The notes beneath the pieces were generated by a model, which saw nothing but the letters and a program-made list of their open reading frames with translations, was not told where the DNA came from and ran no database searches. A DNA stretch of 64,000 nt from Octopus vulgaris (Eukaryota). Numbering within the stretch: the first letter of the stretch is position 1; the number at the start of each line of letters is the position of its first letter. Below, in pieces: positions 54,586 to 64,000 of this stretch. Location of the stretch: contig OX597816.1 in assembly GCA_951406725.2 (NCBI GenBank), forward strand, positions 141,670,001 to 141,734,000. Reading direction: 5' to 3'. Position numbers and translations under genes: made by a program.

Positions 54586-54869
54586 TTTTATGTTTATTTG
54601 AACTGAAATAAGTTTTTTCCTTTTTTAAGCAAAAACATGTTTGTAGTGACTTGGGTGTTCAAAGATTATTGTTTACACAATAGCAAGAAGTTTAATGAGT
54701 GAAGCTTACTGCTGCAAGAAACTGTAAGAGGTTAGTTGATTACATCGCACCCCACCTCACCTCAGGGTAGTAAATAATGATTACAAAGATAATGATGATG
54801 ATGATGACAACAATGACCACAATGACAATGATGATGATGATATCGATGATGATGATGATGATAATTTAT

Positions 54870-55165
54870 TCTGGTTGCTTTGTAAAAAAATATGGATACA
54901 ACACTGCAGCCAAGTGGTTCATGTACCAGAAAAAAAGCACTAAATGAAACTGGTGAGTCAAAAATGCAGTATTTAATTGTTCTGTCTGGATTTTGACATC
55001 CAAACAACAGAACAGCTGAACACTGCAGACCATATATCATTATAGATGACATTAAAACGTAGAATACACCATAATAGATGCTGCAGTACTTTCAGACAAA
55101 AACTTTTGAGACAAAGACACAAAAAACGATCAAAATATATCATGATTAAAAAGTACAGGTTTGGG
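54870..55165 (+). mobile_element. Decayed R4/Dong-like endonuclease fragment
   Basis: Frameshifted DFDIQT.RTAEHCRPYIII...YTIIDAAVLSDKNF...KIYHD*K resembles WDFxIQTD..IEHRRPDI...IIDVAVP.D...KYxDLK. Confidence 0.6.
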
Positions 55166-55192
55166 CAATACAAATAGGAAAATAAAACTCCA

Positions 55193-55232
<40 letters not shown>

Positions 55233-55280
55233 CATACACACATATATATATATATAATGATAATAATATTAATAATAATA

Positions 55281-55492
55281 TGAGGGAATATTATTCCAAA
55301 CTTACAGGGAAAAATTCAATTTAGAAATACTAAATCAAATTTCACAAAATATAATATATATATATAAATTAGAAAAAAAGCACCTTTTATCAATTCAATA
55401 ATGAAAAATTAAATTATACCATTTAGAAAAATTACCTATTGTAGAAAGATTGAATATAAGATAAAACATATAATGATGATTAAGTAATGTGC
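55281..55492. mobile_element. AT-rich Penelope-like LTR fragment; second copy at 57401-57611
   Basis: tgagggaatattattccaaacttacagggaaaaattc in both copies, related to the start of the 19860 element, in TA/TAA tracts. Confidence 0.55.
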
Positions 55493-55519
55493 AAAATAAT
55501 AATTAAAATGCATATATTT

Positions 55520-55559
<40 letters not shown>

Positions 55560-56232
55560 GACCCCAGTACTCAACTGGTACTTAATTTATCAACCCTGAA
55601 AGGATGAAAAGCAAAGTTGACTTCAGTGGAATTTGAACTCAGAATGTAAAGATGGATGAAATGCCACTATGCATTTTGCTCAACACGGTAACAATTCCAC
55701 CAATATATAGATATATACATATATATATATGACTGACTTTCCCACTGAAGATGGCATGTGAGCGTTCAGTTTTTGCTGAATGACCTGCATAAATGATTTG
55801 TTTATAGTGATTAAATGTATGTGCTGTACATTAGCTCACACCCTCCATCAAATCAACATTGTCTGTACAGGTGCACAAGTGTGCCATGTGTCAGATGTTG
55901 AAATGATTGCAGAACAATGGAAGATGAAGTGTTTTGCTCAAGAAAACAACATGCTGCTTCATCCAGAAATCAAACCCACGATCTAGCAATCGTGAGTGCA
56001 ACTCCCAAACCACTAGACCACACACATACACACACACACATATATGTGTGTCTCAGTGTATGTTTGACAGAAATTTCCAAGTGGCTCAAAGGGCTGAAAT
56101 GATTAATCAAACTGGTTTCAAATTGGGTGGGATTACATCTATAAAGACAAACTGAAATGGTAAATAAAATTATCTCTAGATTGTTCTAGAAAAAATTAGA
56201 AAACATTATGAACTCATGTGAGTAGTGCATAA

Positions 56233-56421
56233 TTTTTCAAGTAGTTCACCTGTTAAGTAGTTCAAAACATGAATATTTAAATAAGCGAAAATAACAAGTA
56301 AGGTAAACGGAAAAGAGAAAGAATATATATACACATATAAACAAATGTATAGATATATGCACTTATTTATATATATATGTGTGTGTGGTTGTATATATAT
56401 ATATATATATATGTATGAATA

Positions 56422-56478
<57 letters not shown>

Positions 56479-56668
56479 ATATATATCTAAATAAATGCAT
56501 AAGTGCACACACACATATATAAACACATACACACCCATACATATATGTACATGTACATATGTTAGCATATTTTTTCAAGTAGTTCACCTGTTAAGTAGTT
56601 CAATACATGAATATTTAAATAAATAATCTAAAATAACAAATAAGGTAAACGGAAATGAGAAAGAATAC
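56233..56668. repeat. Local direct duplication (~90-bp block at 56233 and 56570)
   Basis: ttttcaagtagttcacctgttaagtagttcaa...taaggtaaacggaaa occurs twice. Confidence 0.8.
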
Positions 56669-56670
56669 AT

Positions 56671-57062
56671 AGGCACAGGAGTGGCTGTGTGGTAAGTAGC
56701 TTGCTAACCAACCACATGGTTCCGGGTTCAGTCCCACTGCGTGGCATCTTGGGCAAGTGTCTTCTGCTATAGCCTCGGGCCGACCAATGCCTTGTGAGTG
56801 GATTTGGCAGACAGAAACTGAAAGAAGCCTGTCGTATATATGTATATATATATATGTATGTGTGTGTCTGTGTTTGTCCCCCTAGCATTACTTAACAACC
56901 GATGATGGTGTGTTTACGTCCCCGTCACTTAGCGGTTCGGCAAAAGAGACTGATAGAATAAGTACTGGGCTTACAAAGAATAAGTCCCGGGGTCGATTTG
57001 CTCGACTAAAGGCGGTGCTCCAGCATGGCCACAGTCAAATGACTGAAACAAGTAAAAGAGAG
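56671..57062 (+). mobile_element. tRNA-derived SINE, family A, reference full-length copy
   Basis: Pol III box A tggctgtgtgg, box B ggttcagtcc, cttgggcaagtgtctt body, internal (TA)/(TG) microsatellite, tail gactgaaacaagtaaaagag. More than 12 copies in the window. Confidence 0.9.
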
Positions 57063-57232
57063 TATACACATATATACACACATAAACAAATATAGAGATA
57101 TATGCACACATTTATATATATATATGTGTGTGTGTGTGCGTATGTATGTATATATATATATGTGTGTGTGTATATATATATATATATGTATGTATGCATG
57201 TATGTATATATATATGTGTGTGTGGTTGTGTG

Positions 57233-57289
<57 letters not shown>

Positions 57290-57345
57290 GTGTGTATATA
57301 TATCATCATCATCATCATCATTTAGCGTCCGCTTTCCATGCTAGC

Positions 57346-57401
<56 letters not shown>

Positions 57402-57631
57402 TGAGGGAATATTATTCCAAACTTACAGGGAAAAATTCAATTTAAAAATACTAAATCAAATTTTACATAATATAATATATATATATATTAAAAAAAACCC
57501 ACCCTTTATCAATCCAATAATGAAAAATTAAATTATATCATTTAGAAAAATTACCGATTATAGAAAGATTAAATATGAGGTAAAATATATAACGATGATT
57601 AAGTAATGTGCACATATATACATATATATAC

Positions 57632-57686
<55 letters not shown>

Positions 57687-57821
57687 TATATATGCATAAA
57701 GTGCACACACATATATAAACACATACACACCCATACATACATATACATCTACATATGTTTGCATATGCATATATGTATATAAATACATATACACATGTAC
57801 TCATAGACACATGCACACATA

Positions 57822-59103
57822 CGAGGGGCGTAATGCCCCTGACCCACTTCCCATAGCAGTAGAGCAACGAAACTTGGCACAGTTATTAGTCTTTTTCTAC
57901 ATAGGAACCACCCAGAGTTACGCATTTCTCCCATCGTTTGATGCGGCTCTGGAGACCGTTTTTGTAGAAGAACCCAGCTTGGTCCTCCAACCTCAACATG
58001 ACTTAAGAAATCAAGGCTGCATCATCTGGGAAACGCTTTCCATTCAAAAACAACTTCATGATTGGGAAGAGGTGAAAATCAGAGGGTGCAAGGTCAGGAA
58101 AGTAGGGGGGATGGGGAGGAGTTCATAGCCATATGCCTATGCTTCTGATCTGGCGACAAGTGAGTTGTGGACCGGAGCGTTGTCCTGCAGGAGGAGGATG
58201 CCTTTGCTGATCTTGCCCCGCCTCTTGATTTTGATAACTTCTCTTAATTTCCTCAAAAGTGAAGCATAATAGGCTCCTGCAATTGTGGTACCCTTTGCCA
58301 GGAAATCTGTCATCACTACTCCGTCCTGGTCCCAGAAGACTGTGAGCATGACCTTGTCAGCGGAGGGCTGCACCCTTGCCTTCTTTGGAGGGGATGAGTC
58401 ACGGTGCTTCCTCTGCATTGACTGGGCTTTGGTCTCTGGATCATCGTGATGGACCCAGGTTTCATCCTGTGTAATCAGTCTTTTGAAAAATTTTGACTCA
58501 TCTTCTTGGCACATCTCCAAATTCACCCTCGAGCACTCGACGCGTTCTTGCTTCTGGAAAGGCGTGAGCAGCCTGGGAATCCATCTGGCAGACACCTTTT
58601 GCATATGCAAATGGTCATGAATGATAGTTTCCACAGACCCGGTACTAATCTTGACCTCATGGGCTATTTGGTGAATAATTATGCGTCGATCTTCCAAAAT
58701 GTCAGCCTCAACTTGACAGACAGATGCCTCATCAATCGCAGAAGGGGGCAACCAGATCTGGGAGCTGTTTCCACAGAGTTCCGACCATGTTTGAATTCAC
58801 GATGCCAGCGTTTTAGAAGGTCATATGATGGGGTATCATCACCATAAGTTACTTTCATTTCATCAAAAGTCTCCTGTGGTGTGCGTCCTTTCAAATACAA
58901 AAACCGGATCACTGCTCGACACTCAACAGGCTCCATTTCACACTTGACTCGGTTCAAACACCTGTAAATCAGAGACCACAATTAATTCAGAGCTGTAATT
59001 TGCCACTTACTCTATAGAGATATAAATGATTGCACATGCAAAATTTCAGCTAGATCAAACAACTGCAAGTGGGTCAGAGGCATTACTTATTGAACGTCCC
59101 TCG
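57822..59103 (-). mobile_element. Full-length mariner transposon, inactive
   Basis: 1282 bp, TA on both sides, inverted ends cgagggRcg...taatgccYctgacccactt. Confidence 0.95.
57886..58936 (-). pseudogene. Mariner transposase pseudogene (1 frameshift, 2 in-frame stops)
   Basis: MEPVECRAVIRFLYL, WIPRLL, ITQDETWVH, LLQDNAPVH, HPPYFPDLAPSDFHLF, KCVTLGGSYVEKD*. Confidence 0.95.
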
Positions 59104-59139
59104 TATACATATGAATATATATTCTTCTGTTTTTTTACA

Positions 59140-59345
59140 CCTTTTACTTGTTTCAGTCATTTGACTGCAGCCATGCCTTGAAGGGTTTTAGTTGAACAAA
59201 CCAAGCTCAGACTTTATTTTATTTACTTTTTTTTAAGTCAAGTACTCATTCTATCGATCTCCTTTGCTGGGGATGTAAACACACCAACACCAGTTGTCAA
59301 GTGGTGATAGAGGAACAAACACAGACACAAAGACACACACTCATA
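59140..59345 (-). mobile_element. SINE family A 3' half (5' half at 60912-61072), split by a 1.5-kb insertion cluster
   Basis: Both halves are colinear with the intact copy. Confidence 0.75.
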
Positions 59346-59346
59346 G

Positions 59347-59379
<33 letters not shown>

Positions 59380-59386
59380 TTTATAT

Positions 59387-60188
59387 ATAGGTGAGAAAGT
59401 TGGTGTGTGAAAGCACGTGGTTGAATATATAGAAAATAGTAAAAAGTGAAAAAACTACAGAAGGCTTGTTTTAAAAGGTTAAAAAATATATATTTGAGTC
59501 ATTATATCAGAAGAATGTTCTTTTTTTTTTTTTTTTTTTTTCATACAGTGACATAGTTTTTGAAGAAATTGTAGTTTTATCCGAGGTATTAGTCTTCTGT
59601 GGCATTTTCGGTCTCATGTGTTTGAACTTATAGAAAATAGTAAAAAGTGAAAAAACTACAGAAGGCTTGTTTTAAAAGGTTAAAAATATATATATTTGAG
59701 TCATTATGTCAGAAGAATGTTATAAATTTTTTTTTTTTTTTTTCATACAGTGACATAGTTTTTGAAGAAATTGTACTTTTATCCAAGGTATTAGTCTTCT
59801 GTGGCATTTTCGGTCTCACGTGTTTTATATATAGGTGAGAAAGTTGGTGTGTGAAAATTTATAACATTCTTCTGACATAATGACTCAAATATATATTTTT
59901 TAACCTTTTAAAACAAGCCTTCTGTAGTTTTTTCACTTTTTACTATTTTCTATATATTCAACCACGTGCTTTCACACACCAACTTTCTCACCTATATATA
60001 AAACACGTGAGACCGAAAATGCCACAGAAGACTAATACCTCGGATAAAACTACAATTTCTTCAAAAACTATGTCACTGTATGATAAAAAAAAACCCCCAA
60101 AAAAACATTCTTCTGACATAATGACTCAAATATATATTTTTTAACCTTTTAAAACAAGCCTTCTGTAGTTTTTTCACTTTTTACTATT

Positions 60189-60191
<3 letters not shown>
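59387..60191. repeat. Tandem-plus-inverted array of a ~240-bp unit
   Basis: About two forward copies (59387-59855) then reverse-complement copies (59858-60191), near-identical. Confidence 0.9.
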
Positions 60192-60244
<53 letters not shown>

Positions 60245-60246
<2 letters not shown>

Positions 60247-60436
60247 CGAACAAATCGTTAACGAAGCTGTTCATTATGACCTTGGGTTTGTTGGATATTC
60301 CAGTATTGGGATGGACCTGTTTCATAACCTTATAGATGTAGTTCAAACAGCTTTCCTTTCTCTTTACTTTCTTGCTTTTCGATCCAGCTAAATTTGGCTT
60401 GATGGATTTCTTGAGATTTTCGCTGTCTGACATCAT
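60245..60436 (-). pseudogene. H2B: Histone H2B N-terminal fragment (divergent)
   Basis: [40 protein letters not shown], cut off by (TA)n. Confidence 0.9.
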
Positions 60437-60528
60437 CTACAATCACTGCAAACTCAACAAAAGCTTAGCTGATCTCAGGCAGCTGACTATTTATGGTTAG
60501 TGAGAAGGTTCCCCAGGCCTGGGGAACC

Positions 60529-60621
60529 TTTGTTAACGATTTGTTTGAGAGAATCGCTGTCGAAGCCAGTCGTTTGGCTCACTACAACAGATGTTTGACC
60601 ATCAATAGACCAAGAAATTCA

Positions 60622-60625
<4 letters not shown>
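60529..60625 (+). pseudogene. H2B: Histone H2B central fragment, opposite orientation
   Basis: [25 protein letters not shown], then frameshifted EIQT, cut off by (TA)n. Confidence 0.9.
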
Positions 60626-60675
<50 letters not shown>

Positions 60676-60750
60676 TAATTTATTATATAGAAGGAGCTTC
60701 TACAGGACTAGAACTGTTTCATTCAAGAGAAATCATCAGGAAGCACTGAT

Positions 60751-60803
60751 GAGCTTCCTGATGATTTCTCTTGAATGAAACAGTTCTAGTCCTGTAGAAG
60801 CTC
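60751..60803 (+). ncRNA. Type I hammerhead ribozyme motif (mirror copy on the minus strand at ~60696-60744)
   Basis: gagcttc CTGATGA t-ttc-tctt-gaa-t GAAA cag ttctagtc ctg TA gaagctc: stem I 7 bp, intact core, GUA cleavage triplet. Stem II closing pair is U-U. Confidence 0.7.
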
Positions 60804-61119
60804 CTTCTATATAATAAATTAATTTTACTCTGCTATGTATTGAGTACCTTATTTACTGTGGTTAACCCCGAATCAACCCGGGACCTACATATATATACAC
60901 ATATATAGATATACAATGGGTTCTTTCAGTTTCTGTCAATCAAATCCACTCACAAGGCCTTGGTCTGCCTGAAACTAGTAGAAGACACTTGACCAAGGTG
61001 CCAAGAATTGGAACTGAACCCAGAAAGATGTGGTTGAGAAGCAAGCTTCTTACCACACACCCACACCTGCGCGTTTTGTCTCACATGTTAATGATTCTGT
61101 TAGCTTGCAAACTTAACAA

Positions 61120-61447
61120 GCCTACTATAGGTGCAAAACCTGGAATTTTGTGAAAGGATATAGTCAATTACATCAACCCCAGTACTCAATTGGTACTTCT
61201 TTTATGAATCTTGAAAGGATGAAACGTAAAGTTGATCTTGGCGGCATTTGAACTCAGAACATAAAGGTGGGCAAAATCAGTGTGCTAACGATTCTACTAA
61301 CTAGCTTGCCACCTTAATAATCTTTTCTTCTATAGGCACAAGTCGACTACAGCAGAATTTGAACTCAGAATGTAGCAATGGGTAAAATGCTGCTAAGCAT
61401 TTCATCTAGCATGCTAATGATTCTGCCAGCTCACTACCTTAATGATG

Positions 61448-61497
<50 letters not shown>

Positions 61498-61710
61498 CCT
61501 TTCTACTATAGGCACAAGGCCTGAAATGTTGAGGGAGGGGTTTAAGTTGATTACATCGACCCCAGTACTCAACTGGTACTTAATTTATCAACCCTGAAAG
61601 GATTAAAAGCAAAGTTGACTTCAGTGGAATTTGAACTCAGAATGTAAAGATGGATGAAATGCCTCTATGCATTTTGCTCAGCACAGTAACAATTCTACCA
61701 ACTCACCACC

Positions 61711-61747
<37 letters not shown>

Positions 61748-62279
61748 TAATCTTTTCTACTATAGGCACAAGACCTGAAATTGTGGTGGTGGGGGCTTGT
61801 TGATTACATTGACTCCAGTGATCAACTGGTACTTATTTTATCAATCTCAAAAGGATGAAAGGCAAAGTCAACCTCAATGGAATTTGAATTCAGAACATAA
61901 GAATAGACATTTTGCTACCAAGCATTTTGCCTGGCATGGTAATGGTTCTACCAACTCGTCTTTCTTAATAATAATAATCATAATAATCTTATCTAATATA
62001 GGCACAACGCTTGAAATTTTGGGGGAGGGGTCTAGTCATTCTCATAGACCCCAGCTTTTGAGCAGGATGGGCTACCCGACCAGAAGAAAATTCTAACTGG
62101 GTCCCACCTGCAAGGTCATGCGCTGTTTATCTTGATATGAGATCACCATATCGTGCACATATGGTTGTGATGCATGTGCCTGGTGTACCCTTATCATGAC
62201 GGGTAGTCACGATGGGTTGACTGGGCTTCGTATATTTTACCCCAGTGTCACTTTGATGGCATGCACTGCTCTCTCATTC

Positions 62280-62316
<37 letters not shown>

Positions 62317-62500
62317 GCTTCAAATTTTGGCACAAGGCCAGTAATTTTATGAGAGCAGGTTTAGATGATTGCATCAACTTCAGTATTCAACAGGTATTTA
62401 TTTTATCAATCTCTTAATCTCAGCAGAAGTGACTCAGAATGTAAAGAGCATTAAAAAATAGAAATGAATGTCACAGAACATTTTGTCCATCCATGCTAAC
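61120..62500 (-). mobile_element. Cluster of 5 or more family B SINEs separated by (AAT)n
   Basis: Repeated ccccagtactcaactggtact...gaaaggatgaa...tttgaactcagaa at ~61180, 61560, 61815 and 62390, plus a partial copy at 61345. Confidence 0.85.
62060..62280 (+). mobile_element. 3' end of a (TAA)n-tailed retroposon
   Basis: GC-richer block interrupting a family B tail and ending ctctctcattc(AAT)n. Confidence 0.5.
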
Positions 62501-63199
62501 AATTTATGGTGGATTACATCTTTTTGTTTGGACAGGCAACCAAATATACACCATGAAATTATTAACTCCACACACACACACACATACACATACATGCATA
62601 CATACATGCATACATACATACATACATACATACATACATACATACATACATACATACATAAGTACGTACGTACATACATACATACATACATCAAGATTGT
62701 TTAATGGAAGCATTTTGAATATGCATTTAAAAGCTCCTATTCCTTTATGCTGGCTACAACTTAATGATACCAGTTTTTTTATGTTGCACCAAGCTGTGCT
62801 GATATAATGTACAATAAATATAATAATAATAATAATAACAATGATCCTTGGATGGAATTTATAAACATTTAATGCTTTACGATGCATTTAATTTTTATAA
62901 ATTCTATCCAAGGATTATTGTTATTATTATTATTATTACTAGCTGGACCTGTGAAAACTTCATGATAAACATAAAAATTGTGAACATTTGTAAACTGTGT
63001 GCTGGTGCCATGAGAAATGTTTCTATATTGTGACAGTTGCAGAATATAGAAAGATGTTTAAAACCGCTAACTATATTATCCATCCAAAATATCTCAGTTA
63101 TGCGAACATAAACAGAATTACAATTTAGCCTTAAAATACATTGTACTTATTCAAAGAACCTTCTTGGTTTAGTGGTATGGAACGTTCTTCTGGTATTCT

Positions 63200-63858
<659 letters not shown>

Positions 63859-64000
63859 TAAAGTATAGAGTTGAATTTCATGTAGCCATCTGCTGACAAC
63901 TTTTGTAGGGGGTATTACCCATTTTACTTGGCTCTTTTCACAGCTATACCCCGTTCGAAATTTGCATTAGTTTTTATATAAAAAAAAGAAAAAGCGAGTG

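Noticed and set aside
56671-56745. tRNA gene
   Set aside because: Box A and B are present but it is a SINE head with no full cloverleaf, continuing into the SINE body.
60245-60625. Functional H2B gene or simple twin-primed processed pseudogene
   Set aside because: The C-terminus is missing, there is no poly(A), a TATA-like upstream sequence is retained and the overlapping codons differ between the halves.

Overview
AT-rich, microsatellite-dense animal genomic DNA. The SINE, RTE and Penelope repertoire is typical of Octopus (organism is an inference). The only host gene supported is TMEM245 on the minus strand: five internal coding exons (26598-26960, 19054-19184, 13092-13196, 12088-12164, 6844-6934) with GT-AG junctions and compatible phases. 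The rest is intronic or intergenic repeat DNA: several tRNA-derived SINE families, a young 5'-truncated RTE LINE (47702-51402) with a PHD-like finger and a 63-bp VNTR in its 3' UTR, a full-length dead mariner, DD37D/maT, R4/Dong, Hero-like and Penelope remnants, piggyBac and mariner MITEs, and a Helitron. The most unusual part is 59387-60890, which lies inside the internal microsatellite of one SINE. It holds a tandem-plus-foldback array, two head-to-head histone H2B fragments joined by a perfect palindrome, and a perfect 70-bp foldback with a hammerhead ribozyme motif on each strand. Most ORF-track entries are microsatellite or SINE translation artefacts. Repeat boundaries were read by eye and are approximate.
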